From the NCBI GenBank assembly GCA_052279835.1, contig CP181291.1, positions 1,312,001 through 1,376,000 of the forward strand: a stretch of DNA of 64,000 nt, given 5' to 3'. Position numbers and translations under genes: made by a program. The notes under the pieces were generated by a model. The model saw nothing but the letters and a program-made list of their open reading frames with translations, did no database searches and was not told the origin of the DNA. Below, in pieces: positions 50,237 to 60,270 of the stretch. The DNA comes from Microcoleus sp. (GTDB taxonomy: Bacteria; Cyanobacteriota; Cyanobacteriia; Cyanobacteriales; Microcoleaceae). Numbering within the stretch: position 1 is the stretch's first letter; the number at the start of each line of letters is the position of its first letter.

Positions 50237-51301
50237 ATGGATTTTACAGATATTTTCAACAGCACAGAAACCTACCTAAAAAACTGCGTTGCAGCCGATG
50301 CTGAAACGATCGACAGCGACTCGGAAGCGCTGAAAACAGCGCTGGTAGGATTGGAAGATAGATCACTTTTAGCTTTGCGAGTTCCCCAAAAATGGGGCGG
50401 CGCAGATATCGATGCACAAACTTTTTATGAATATCAGGAATTAACAGCGCGATATTCCGGCGCTTTAGGTTTTCTGCAAACTCAGCATCACAGTGCAACT
50501 GCCATGCTTGCTAACAGCGACAATGAACTGCTACAAAGTATATGTTTGCCTGCGATCGCCCTGGGAGAGTTGCGATTGGGTGTGGGATTTTCGCATTTAA
50601 GGCGATCGGGAAATCCCGCTGTCACTGCTACTCCTGCACAAAATGGCTATTTACTCTCAGGTAAAGTTCCTTGGGTAACAGGTTTTGGATTATTTCAAAA
50701 TTTTATTGTAGCTGCGTTATTGCCTGACGATCGCGCTGTATTCGGATTACTACCATTTGAAAATATTGCATCAGCATCGAGCCAAATCTCCTGTAGCGAA
50801 ATCATGCCCTTAATCGCCATGAGTTCCACTAATACTGTAACAGTAACTATGAGTAATTGGTTGTTAAATGAATCCCAAATAATTTCATTTCAACCAAAAG
50901 ACTGGATTGTCCAAAACGACACTAAAAATATCCTAAATTTTGTCCCCGCTACTTTTGGATGTATTCGAGCCGGATTGGATATAATTCAAGCAGCATCCCA
51001 GACTAAAAAATCATCTGTTATAGTTAGTGCTTACGAAAAATTAGCCCACAAGCTCGATCGACTAAAACAGAATTTCCCACAATCTCAACATAGCTCAAAA
51101 GCAGAACAATTAGCCCTGCGAGCCCAAGCAATTGACTTAGCCGTGCGTTGCGGGCACGCGGCGGTAACAGTTTCCAGCGGTGCCGCTAATAGCCAAAAGC
51201 ACCCAGCCGGGAGAGTTTATCGAGAAGCTTTGGTGTATACTGTTTCTGGGCAAACTCAGGATGTGATGGCTGCCACCCTCGATGAACTAATCAAATTTTA
51301 G
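50237..51301 (+). CDS. Acyl-CoA dehydrogenase family protein
   Basis: VPQKWGG, GVGFSHLRR, GKVPWVTG, HPAGRVYREA. Confidence 0.88.
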   Translation: MDFTDIFNSTETYLKNCVAADAETIDSDSEALKTALVGLEDRSLLALRVPQKWGGADIDAQTFYEYQELTARYSGALGFLQTQHHSATAMLANSDNELLQSICLPAIALGELRLGVGFSHLRRSGNPAVTATPAQNGYLLSGKVPWVTGFGLFQNFIVAALLPDDRAVFGLLPFENIASASSQISCSEIMPLIAMSSTNTVTVTMSNWLLNESQIISFQPKDWIVQNDTKNILNFVPATFGCIRAGLDIIQAASQTKKSSVIVSAYEKLAHKLDRLKQNFPQSQHSSKAEQLALRAQAIDLAVRCGHAAVTVSSGAANSQKHPAGRVYREALVYTVSGQTQDVMAATLDELIKF

Positions 51302-51310
51302 ATATTCGAT

Positions 51311-52042
51311 ATGAGTGACAAATTAAACTCAAATAACCTCAAAACGATCGCCTACAGCAAAATTGTAGATTTAAGTCATAAAATTCACCCAAACATTCCC
51401 CTTTGGCCAGGAGATCCAGCCCCAGAATTTGAAACAGTTGCTCAAATAGAAACAGAGGGATATTTCCTGCGAAAATTCTCGATGGGCGAACACAGCGGGA
51501 CTCACATGAATGCACCAAACAGCTTTGATTCAGGATGTGGGAGTATCGATAATTATCCGCCGCAGTCCCTAGTTGTGCCGGCAATTGCGATCGACATCCG
51601 CCGCCAAAGTCTTGCCAATCCCGACTATACTTTAACAATTGAGGATGTATTAAATTGGGAACAGGAACATGGAGCGATCGAACCAGGATGCCTGATTATA
51701 TTAGATACCGGATGGCAGGAAAAATGGGAAAATCAAGCAGCTTTTTTAAATCGAGATGGTGACGGGATTTGCCACTTTCCGGGATTTGGTAAAGCAGTAA
51801 CTCAATTTTTGCTAACAGAAAGGTTAATCGCAGGAGTTGGTACCGATACTCACGGAGTAGATCCGGGACGAGATGAAAGTTTATTTGTGAACAAACAAGT
51901 GTTAGAACATCAGGGAATTGTTCTGGAAAATTTGGCAAATATCGACCAGTTACCAGCAGTAGACTGCACTTTAGTTATAGGAATATTGCGACTTGTCGGA
52001 GGTTCCGGTTCCCCGGTATCCGTGTTAGCTTTTGTCCCTTGA
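51311..52042 (+). CDS. Cyclase family (kynurenine formamidase-like) metallohydrolase
   Basis: DLSH, WPGDP, EHSGTHMNAP, FPG, LENL, GSGSP. Confidence 0.9.
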   Translation: MSDKLNSNNLKTIAYSKIVDLSHKIHPNIPLWPGDPAPEFETVAQIETEGYFLRKFSMGEHSGTHMNAPNSFDSGCGSIDNYPPQSLVVPAIAIDIRRQSLANPDYTLTIEDVLNWEQEHGAIEPGCLIILDTGWQEKWENQAAFLNRDGDGICHFPGFGKAVTQFLLTERLIAGVGTDTHGVDPGRDESLFVNKQVLEHQGIVLENLANIDQLPAVDCTLVIGILRLVGGSGSPVSVLAFVP

Positions 52043-52088
52043 TGGTGTAAAATTAGATTGATAGAATTCCTGTAAAAAAATCAGATTA

Positions 52089-52835
52089 ATGATCGAACTA
52101 CCAAAGGACCTCAACGAGGCGATCGCCCAATCCCGCACAGCCACTTCTGCCGCTCTCTCCGACGGCAAAACTCTACTGCAAGTCGAATTAGTATTCCCAG
52201 AAATCGCCCTCCAAGCACAGTCCATCGCCGCACAATTCGTCCCAGAATTTGAAGAAATGTACTCCGGTGTCAAAGTCTTATTTCCCGATACTGGTGCAGC
52301 CGCCCTCGCCCGTCGCGACTGGGGACAAACAGAATTTAAAGTCACAGACTTGGGCAGCAGCCGCACCCCGGTTGAAGATAAAATAGAACCGGAAGACCAA
52401 CTATTTCTGTTGGTGAACCCCGCAGCGATAGAAGTTCCTCAAGTCGAAAAATTGTACATAGCTGCGGGCGATCGCCCAGTAATTATACTCAACCCCCGCC
52501 TGGAAGACGTTGCCACCATAGGTATAGGCTATGCAGGGCGCCAACTGCGCGATCGATTCTTGAACAAAATAGAATCCTGCTACTACATCAGAGCTTTAGA
52601 AAGTGCAGTCCTATTCCGGTGTTACCCCCAATCCTGGCAAGTTTGGCTCTCAAAAAACGACGACTACGAACTAATTTCCGAAACCGCCCAAAAACCAGTC
52701 GGAGACGATTTAGATCGGATTTTAGCTAAAGCCTTGGGAATAGCAGATCCAGATAGCACCGCCCCCGCCAAACCGTTAAAAAAGACAGGCTTCATGGCAG
52801 ACTTACAGAGATTTCTCAAAGCTTTGACTCAGTAA
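52089..52835 (+). CDS. DUF1995 family protein
   Basis: FPDTGAAALARRDWG, LNPRLED, LFRCYP. Confidence 0.88.
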   Translation: MIELPKDLNEAIAQSRTATSAALSDGKTLLQVELVFPEIALQAQSIAAQFVPEFEEMYSGVKVLFPDTGAAALARRDWGQTEFKVTDLGSSRTPVEDKIEPEDQLFLLVNPAAIEVPQVEKLYIAAGDRPVIILNPRLEDVATIGIGYAGRQLRDRFLNKIESCYYIRALESAVLFRCYPQSWQVWLSKNDDYELISETAQKPVGDDLDRILAKALGIADPDSTAPAKPLKKTGFMADLQRFLKALTQ

Positions 52836-52930
52836 CAGTGGGTAGTCAGAAACAGGGTTTGGGAGAGAATAGTCAATGACAAATTTAGTTTTCTGAATTT
52901 GCAAAACGTAACAACTTTAACAGTAATAAC

Positions 52931-53060
52931 TATCAAATCCGGTAGCATCGGAATTATTAATCTCTCTCTTCTCTTCCTCTTTCCCCCCTTGGGGGGGGCA
53001 GGGGGGGGTCGTCCTTTGCGTCTTCGCGGTTAAATCATTCCGATATAACCGGAATTGATA
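52931..53060. mobile_element. MITE-like element with 24-bp terminal inverted repeats, followed by a partial copy to about 53136
   Basis: TATCAAATCCGGTAGCATCGGAAT / ATTCCGATATAACCGGAATTGATA (20/24 match). Confidence 0.8.
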
Positions 53061-53151
53061 TTATTCAGAGTTCTATTCTCTCCCTCTGCCTTCTCTGTGT
53101 TCTAGAAAGGTTAAATCATTCCGATACAACCGGAAACCCAATTTAAATTGG

Positions 53152-54040
53152 TCATAAATCAGAATCCTTTCGAGCCAAACCTTGAATACTAACTTGCAAA
53201 ATCGACAAACCCAAAATCAGCAAAAACAACACCAGCCCGATCGTACAAGCATAACCGATTTCCAAATCCTTAAAAGCCCGTTCATAAAGATAATAAACAA
53301 CAGTCTTAGAATTATTACGAGGGCCACCTTGAGTCATAATATAAACTTCTTCAAAAACCTTAGTAGCAGAAATAGCCGAAATTACTGCCACCAAAACTAG
53401 ATAAGGCTTCATCAACGGTACTGTAATATCCCAATGCTTCCTCCAACCATCAGAAACCATCAATAGCAGCCGCCTCGTAAAGTTCCGCCGGAATAGCTTG
53501 CAGCCCAGCTAAATAAATTACCATATAATAACCCAAGCCTTTCCAGATAGTAACTGTCATGACACTAAAGATTGCCAATTTCGGATTAGCCAGCCAAGAA
53601 ACAGCAGGCAAACCCACCATTTGCCCCAACTGATTCAGCAGTCCATTTTCAGCAAACAGCCACTTCCAAGCAATCCCAGCAACAACCATGGAAATCACCG
53701 CAGGCGTGTAATATGCTGCTCTAAACCAGTTCATCCCCCGGAGTTTTTGATTGCACAAAATCGCCATTCCCAGTGGTAAAACAACCAATATAGGCACAAC
53801 CCAGGTGAGATAGAGGAGGGTGTTGCCCATAGTTTGCCAAAAAATGCGATCGCCCGCCAACCTCTGAAAATTCTTCAACCCTACCCACTGTGGCGCTTGA
53901 GTTAAGTCATACTCATAACTGGTAAAACTCAAATAAAAAGCCTGCAACGCCGGCCACAAAACAGTCAAACTCAACACAAATAAAGCGGGAAACAAAAATA
54001 AATAAGGTATTAGGTTGCGTCGGAAAAAAGTCAAAAACAT
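53152..54040 (-). pseudogene. Carbohydrate ABC transporter permease split by a +1 frameshift
   Basis: EAA motif YEAAAIDG continues as SDGWRKHWDIT in another frame; one extra base at 53454-53456. Confidence 0.85.
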
Positions 54041-54041
54041 A

Positions 54042-54087
54042 ATGGGAATTGGGCATCGGGAATGGGGCATCGGGAATGGGGCATCGG
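54042..54087. repeat. STRR (GGGAATG/GGGCATC)n
   Basis: Tandem heptamers; similar tracts at 50068-50092 and 59937-59967. Confidence 0.85.
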
Positions 54088-54169
54088 AAATACTCGTTCC
54101 CATTTAATTTCTTGTCCCCCCCTTGTTAAGGGGGGTTAGGGGGGATCTAGCCTTCAATACAAACAATGG

Positions 54170-55633
54170 TTATTTAACTCCAGAAAACAAACCTTTCCAA
54201 TCACCAGGAGCATTGCCATTTTCCCCCTCTTTCACCTCAAAAGTAACATTACAAGCTTCTGGGAAATCCAAAGCTTCCACGCACAATTGGGCAATATCTT
54301 CCCGACTAACTTTACCCTTAATATTGTCACCCTGGTCAAAGATTAAAGCTTTACCCCCCGGCTCTTCCGTCAAAGCACAAGGTCTAACCACAGTATAAGG
54401 TATCCCGCTCGATCGCACACAATCCTCCCCCTTCAACTTCCAAGTCAAAATTCCCCCCAACATATCATTCATTCTCACCGCAGGTGGCTCTTCCTCCAAA
54501 TTAATTCCGGGGCGACCTGGGCGCGTAACACCAGCAGAACTCACCATCACAAATCTGGGCAATTCTTGTTCAGAATAAGCTTTAACAGATTCTAATTGCA
54601 GTTGAAAACTACCCGGTGTAAATTTCGGATTCAGCGCGCCATCATACTCAAACTTACTCAGCATTAACTGAAAAGAATAAATAGTCTGAGTATTTAACCT
54701 AGAGCCATCTTTCACAGTCTTAGCACGGAAGACAGGAATCAGTTTTTCAAAGGGAATTGTGACAGTAATCCAGATATTGTAAACCGTATCAAAAGAATAA
54801 CAATAGCCAATACCATCCCATTTCGCTTCGCTGCGAACAATCAGTTTGTAGCGCTTACCATCACCTTTCACTCGCAATTGAATTCCACTAAATCCTGTTA
54901 AATCAAGAGCACTCTCAAAATTCCGAGTCCGCACCGAAGCAAACCCACCAGAATTGGCAGTAGAAACATTGCCTGTGAATAAAGCTGTATTATCTATCAG
55001 TCGGAGCGAACTTTCGCTGACTCCACCCATCACAATATCATCAAGTGCACCCCAAGTTTCTTTCAAATCTTGAGTAGGTTTTGTGAAGTCAAAAATAGTT
55101 TTTTCCCCGGCTTTACCTAGCTGACTGCGAACAGCTTGCACTAAATTATTGATGCCTTTATACTCGACTATTTCGGGAACATCTACCACTTCTGGCATAT
55201 AAAATTTGATGCCTTGATAGTATTTTTCACGGTTTGGGGTATCTCCTTCTACCGGTTGAACACGAGTGCCAGTGCAGCAGATAACGGCTTCTACACCCTC
55301 CGTTACTAGCGGTGTTAAGGTTTCCGCTAGGGTGATATCTCCCTCGACTAATTCGACATTTTTACCCAGAATTTCTTGAGCTCTTTTGCTATCTCTCACC
55401 AGAGCTCGCACTCTGATTCCCCGCTGTTGCAGCCGCTTCACCACTCGTTTACCAACACCACCAGTAGCACCTGCTACAAGTACCAGCTTGGGTTGGTCTT
55501 TTTTAGTGTTCCCACTGCTGCCAAATAGTTGTTGCAGCCAGCTAATGCTGCCGATGAAGGGAATGACACCGAAATAAGCCAAGGTTTTGACAAATCTGCC
55601 GGCATCCCATTGGGCGGTATTTTTTTCAGTCAC
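54170..55633 (-). CDS. CIA30-domain NAD(P)-binding protein
   Basis: VAGATGGVG, WGALDDIVMGGVS, GGFASVR, VRPCALTEE. Confidence 0.92.
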   Translation of the reverse strand: MTEKNTAQWDAGRFVKTLAYFGVIPFIGSISWLQQLFGSSGNTKKDQPKLVLVAGATGGVGKRVVKRLQQRGIRVRALVRDSKRAQEILGKNVELVEGDITLAETLTPLVTEGVEAVICCTGTRVQPVEGDTPNREKYYQGIKFYMPEVVDVPEIVEYKGINNLVQAVRSQLGKAGEKTIFDFTKPTQDLKETWGALDDIVMGGVSESSLRLIDNTALFTGNVSTANSGGFASVRTRNFESALDLTGFSGIQLRVKGDGKRYKLIVRSEAKWDGIGYCYSFDTVYNIWITVTIPFEKLIPVFRAKTVKDGSRLNTQTIYSFQLMLSKFEYDGALNPKFTPGSFQLQLESVKAYSEQELPRFVMVSSAGVTRPGRPGINLEEEPPAVRMNDMLGGILTWKLKGEDCVRSSGIPYTVVRPCALTEEPGGKALIFDQGDNIKGKVSREDIAQLCVEALDFPEACNVTFEVKEGENGNAPGDWKGLFSGVK

Positions 55634-55718
55634 AGTCGCTTCCTCAGAATTTGCTCAAATCTACTTAGCTGTTGGTCTATTTTAATTTTAATCTAAACTG
55701 CACGCACAGTTTGTCACT

Positions 55719-58238
55719 TCACCGCTGCACTTTATTCATAACTTGGCTCAACGGAATCTCAACAATAAACTCCGCTCCATCTCCGGGGGCGGAAATGCAA
55801 GTCAGTTGGCCACCGTGTTTTTCTACTACAATTTCCTTGCCTATAGCCAAACCAATTCCTGCCCCTTTCCCGACAGGTTTAGTAGTAAAAAAAGGCTCAA
55901 AAATTTCTTTTTGCACTGCTGGTTCCATACCCGTACCATTGTCAGCAATCCGAATAATTCCCATCTTGCGATCAGTATCAAATTCTGTTTTGATCTGAAT
56001 TCTTCCTGATTTAACCCCCCCTGAATCCTGGCCCAATTTAGGCGACAAATTATCCTTCCCTATTGCCTCTTCTATCGCATCAATGGCATTGGCTAATACA
56101 TTCATAAATACTTGATTTATCTGCACAGGGTAACACTCAATTAATGGCAAGGAACCGTACTCTTTAATCAGTTTAATTCCGGGTTTATCTGCCTTCGGTT
56201 TGAGTCGGTTGCCCAAAATCAGCAAAGCGCTATCGAGTCCGTCGTGAATATCCACTGATTTAATCTCAGATTCGTCAATTCTAGAAAAGTTTTGCAGAGA
56301 CTGAACTATCTCGCGGATGCGATTTGCTCCTAGTTTCATGGAACCGAGCAATTTTGGCAAATCTTCAATGATAAACTCTAATTCAGCGGCTTCTATTTCT
56401 GCTTGAATTTCTGGTGAGGGTGAGGGATAGTATTCCTCGTAAAGTTGAACTAAATTAATTAATTTTTGGCTATATTCCTTAGCATAGCCTATATTGCCAT
56501 AGATGAAATTAATTGGGTTACTGACTTCATAAGCTACCGCCGCCACCAACTGTCCTAAACTTGACATTCTTTCGCTTTGCACCAGTTGAGTTTGCGCCCG
56601 CTGAAGCTCGGACATCGCTGTTTTTAAATGAGCAGTTTTTTCCCGTTCTCTAGCGACTGATTCTGACAGGGCGGTATTTAATTTCGCGAGTTTTTCAGCT
56701 TGACGCAGCACTATATTAATCATGGCTTTTTTCAATTCCAATGCAGCCTCTATTTCGCACTCTTTCCAAGCTAATGATTTGCACTTCACATTTTCTTTCC
56801 ACAGCTCGAAGGATTTCCTAGGAGAAAGTCTTTCGCTGCCATCGTCGTCAATTTGAACTATTTTATTCGGGTTTCCCGCCCAATTTACAGTTCTAATTAC
56901 TTCGGGGCGAAACCACAATACATATATTTTTTGAATCGGAGATATTGCGATAGCTAAACACCCGCTGGCTGTGTCTTTAAAGCTCTCTGCTTCTGGATAA
57001 TATTCTGCCAGGAAATCTGTATAAAATATTTCTTTGGTTAGCTGAGATTGCACCCAATTTATGAGTTTTTTTAAAGATGATTTTGCAGGTGTTTCGCCAA
57101 CTTGATAGCAGTGTTCTCCAAATACTATGGCAGCTCCCGACGCATTGACTGATTCCAGTAAATTATGCTGGCACTTAATTAATACTTCTGACAAGTTTTC
57201 TGAAGTCGAGATGTCTTCAAAAATTTTGGTTTGAATAAATTTTAAGTGTAGCCGGTAGTCATAGTCTTCGTTACCTTCTTTTGATTGCAGTTCTAAAGAC
57301 ATGACTTGTCCAATAAATTCACAGGCTGCCCGCACTTCACAGTTAATATATTTAGGTGTGTAGTGGTGACAAGCAATCAAACCCCACAGCTTCTGATTTT
57401 TGATTAATGATATTGACATAGAAGCTGCAACGCCCATATTTTGCAGGTATTCTATGTGAATGGGAGAAACGCTTCTGAGAACGCTGAAACTCAGATCTAG
57501 GGGCTGGTTAGTAACAGGATTATTTGGTGAGATAATGGGGACTGGTTTGTAGTTAATATCGGGAATTAATCTCAGCCAATTTAACAAATAAAGTTGTCTG
57601 GCTTGTTTTGGAATATCTGAGCTGGGGTAGTTTAAGCCTAAAAAAGGACTCAGCATTTCTGCTTTGTTTTCAGCAATAATAGCCCCGTTACCTTTGTCAT
57701 CAAATTGATAGACCATTACTCTGTCAAATCCTGTAATTCTTCTGATTTCTGCTACAGTAACTTGACATAAATTATTTAAATTTTGGGAGTTTTGAATCGT
57801 GTTTACGGTCGCTTTAACTGAATGATAAAAGCTAAATACTGACATATTTGCTAGGGATTGGGCTAATTCTAGCTCAATGATTAATACTCCTTCCCACCTG
57901 TGGAGGATGCAGTCAAATTCTAAAATTTTTTCGGCTTTTTTTACGGATATTTTAAGAGGATTGATGGTTTTTAAGTTTTCATTCCGCAAACAGACTTTTA
58001 GCTGCTCTAGCTGAGCTTGTTCTAAGAATAAACTCAAATTTTGACCGATCGCACTTTTAGCAGATATTCCCAGTAACTCTTGCGTATTTTCACTGATTTG
58101 CAGTATTTCTAGTTCAGGTTCGCTTACAGCCATCAGTACCCCGTGCGGCTGAATCTGTCCCGATATATGAATTGGTTCTCTGTCGCAGTTGGTCAAGTCA
58201 ACTTCTTCGAGTGGTAAGATTGTGCTTTGTCTATTCAT
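55719..58238 (-). CDS. Biliverdin-type phytochrome (PAS-GAF-PHY) with a histidine-kinase-like output lacking the H-box His
   Basis: LTNCDREPIH, GFDRVMVY, SDIPKQAR, LRSVSPIH, PRKSF; H-box reads AYEVSNP. Confidence 0.93.
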   Translation of the reverse strand: MNRQSTILPLEEVDLTNCDREPIHISGQIQPHGVLMAVSEPELEILQISENTQELLGISAKSAIGQNLSLFLEQAQLEQLKVCLRNENLKTINPLKISVKKAEKILEFDCILHRWEGVLIIELELAQSLANMSVFSFYHSVKATVNTIQNSQNLNNLCQVTVAEIRRITGFDRVMVYQFDDKGNGAIIAENKAEMLSPFLGLNYPSSDIPKQARQLYLLNWLRLIPDINYKPVPIISPNNPVTNQPLDLSFSVLRSVSPIHIEYLQNMGVAASMSISLIKNQKLWGLIACHHYTPKYINCEVRAACEFIGQVMSLELQSKEGNEDYDYRLHLKFIQTKIFEDISTSENLSEVLIKCQHNLLESVNASGAAIVFGEHCYQVGETPAKSSLKKLINWVQSQLTKEIFYTDFLAEYYPEAESFKDTASGCLAIAISPIQKIYVLWFRPEVIRTVNWAGNPNKIVQIDDDGSERLSPRKSFELWKENVKCKSLAWKECEIEAALELKKAMINIVLRQAEKLAKLNTALSESVAREREKTAHLKTAMSELQRAQTQLVQSERMSSLGQLVAAVAYEVSNPINFIYGNIGYAKEYSQKLINLVQLYEEYYPSPSPEIQAEIEAAELEFIIEDLPKLLGSMKLGANRIREIVQSLQNFSRIDESEIKSVDIHDGLDSALLILGNRLKPKADKPGIKLIKEYGSLPLIECYPVQINQVFMNVLANAIDAIEEAIGKDNLSPKLGQDSGGVKSGRIQIKTEFDTDRKMGIIRIADNGTGMEPAVQKEIFEPFFTTKPVGKGAGIGLAIGKEIVVEKHGGQLTCISAPGDGAEFIVEIPLSQVMNKVQR

Positions 58239-58718
58239 TTTCTGTGTTTTCCGTTGTACAATGTAAAGAGGGTTGTAGGGATTTCTGCTTTAATCTCAAA
58301 TCCGATTTTGAGCGCGATCGTCCCGATGGACTAACTATGGACACTTGAGCCTGTCACTACCGCAGACGATCGCTATATCGCTCATCCTTAACTCCCGCAT
58401 CAATAGATAGAATATCAGCTTAAATTCCTGTTCCTTGAGCAGCGTCAGCCTTTGTGACATTTGAGCTGGTCGATGTCTCCTACAATTATAAATATTCTGT
58501 TTTAATTATTACAGTAATTGTTTCCATTACTCAACGGATATTAATTTTTTTCAAGAATCCATCTGTTGACAGTTTACCAGCAGTAGGAACGGGAGAGAAA
58601 TATGTCTGGGGAGTGACCTGCAACATCAAATATTAAGTTATGGTGAGGGTGCTAAGATAGGTAAGTCAAATCAAGTTAAGCTCTTTAAGTATATTCAACA
58701 GGTTCCCTAATTAGATTA

Positions 58719-59120
58719 ATGCTCGACTTTAATACATTGACCGAATTTTCCCATACCTACTGCGTAGCTATCTGTGCATTTTTAGTCCCAGCCAACTTGC
58801 TGATGACTTTGCAGACAGTGATTTGGACAGGACAAAAGCGACCTCGAATTCAAGTGGGAGCCTCTGTGCTTCTTGCTAGTCTCTTCGCGATGACAATGAT
58901 ATTTCATGTTTTTAGTTGGTTCGCCATTGGGGTAGTAATGCCTCCCACGTACATCTTACTATTAATGGCAATCACTTGTCTGACAATCAACGTCTGGGCG
59001 ATCGCTCATCCTGGAAGTATCATCAAATTAATGGGAGTTTTGGGATCGGTTGTTAGGGAAAATTTCCTAAAAAATAAATCAAGGGGCTTAAGATTTGAGC
59101 GACGACAAAATTTACAGTAA
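58719..59120 (+). CDS. Small membrane protein
   Basis: CVAICAFLVPANLL, HVFSWFAIGVVM; three hydrophobic segments. Confidence 0.8.
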   Translation: MLDFNTLTEFSHTYCVAICAFLVPANLLMTLQTVIWTGQKRPRIQVGASVLLASLFAMTMIFHVFSWFAIGVVMPPTYILLLMAITCLTINVWAIAHPGSIIKLMGVLGSVVRENFLKNKSRGLRFERRQNLQ

Positions 59121-59138
59121 CTCACAACTGAAAACTCT

Positions 59139-59942
59139 ATGGCTCCTACAGTTTTGATTACAGGCGCTTCTCAAGGAAGTGGCAAAGCTACTGCACTTTT
59201 ATTTGCCAGTTCAGGCTACGATGTTGTGATGACAGCTCGTCAGCCGGAAAGATTAGCAGCCGCCGCGGCGATGGTGGAACGTCAAGGCAATTCGGTGTTA
59301 GCTATTCCCGCAGATGTGGGCGATGTTCAACAAGTGCGATCGCTCGTTGAAAAAGCCCTCTCTTTTTATGGTAACATCGATGTGTTAGTCAACAATGCAG
59401 GCATCTGTTTAACCGGACCGATGGAGCAAACTACCACCGAAGATTGGCAGAAATTAATGAATACTAATTTTTGGGGATGTGTTAACACAATCCAAGAACT
59501 TTTGCCACATTTTTTATCACGAAAAACTGGTACAATCGTTAATGTCGGTTCTATTGGTGGCAAAATGCCTTTGCCTCAAATGACTGCCTATTGTGCCAGC
59601 AAATATGCGTTGACAGGTTTAACCGACACCTTGCGATTGGAATTAGCACCTCAAGGAATTCAAGTTTGTGCCGTACATCCGGGCTTAATTAACAGTGATT
59701 TTTTAGAAAGAGCTCAGTTTCGCGATCGCCACGAACCAGCAGCCGAACTGCGTCGTCAGGAAATGAGCGAAATGCTGAAATCTAACTGGGCAAATCAGCC
59801 GGAAGATATTGCCAAGGCTATTTGGGATGCGGTGAAAAATAAGCGTTCTGAAGTCACCGTCGGCCCTGCATTTATAGCCGCCGAAGCCTATCGCCTATTC
59901 CCCGGTTTAATGCAGTGGGCAATGGAGAAAGGTAATGGGTAA
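59139..59942 (+). CDS. SDR-family oxidoreductase
   Basis: TGASQGSG, NNAG, YCASK. Confidence 0.93.
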   Translation: MAPTVLITGASQGSGKATALLFASSGYDVVMTARQPERLAAAAAMVERQGNSVLAIPADVGDVQQVRSLVEKALSFYGNIDVLVNNAGICLTGPMEQTTTEDWQKLMNTNFWGCVNTIQELLPHFLSRKTGTIVNVGSIGGKMPLPQMTAYCASKYALTGLTDTLRLELAPQGIQVCAVHPGLINSDFLERAQFRDRHEPAAELRRQEMSEMLKSNWANQPEDIAKAIWDAVKNKRSEVTVGPAFIAAEAYRLFPGLMQWAMEKGNG

Positions 59943-60021
59943 TTGGGAATTGGGAATTGGGAATTGGCAAGAGAAAGCAATTCAAAAACTCCGCTATCGA
60001 ACAGTTTTTAAGGTCAGTTAA

Positions 60022-60157
60022 AACTTAGATATTGCACCATTCTCAAGAACTGGTAGGGGCGGGTTCACACATAGCCTTAAAGGTTGCAAACAGGTTAAAT
60101 AAACCCGCCCGCACTCACCAAAAAGCTGCTTATTGACATTGGTGCAATATCTCAGTT
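60022..60157. mobile_element. Second MITE-like element with 18-bp inverted ends and an internal GTAG REP
   Basis: AACTTAGATATTGCACCA / TGGTGCAATATCTCAGTT (17/18 match). Confidence 0.7.
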
Positions 60158-60182
60158 ACAACTTACTCAAATACTAACAAAC

Positions 60183-60231
60183 AGTCGGTTTCAACCGACT
60201 TTAGCTATGAGACAGGGACTTAAGTCCCTGT
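60183..60231. repeat. Double palindrome
   Basis: AGTCGGTTTCAACCGACT and GACAGGGACTTAAGTCCCTGTC. Confidence 0.7.
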
Positions 60232-60270
60232 CGGAGTTTAGCAACAGAAATAATCAATCAATTAGCTAAT

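Noticed and set aside
54041..54103. N-terminal extension of the sugar permease (also 46538-46600, 49002-49106, 17622-17717)
   Set aside because: Translations of STRR, REP or promoter sequence; better starts exist downstream
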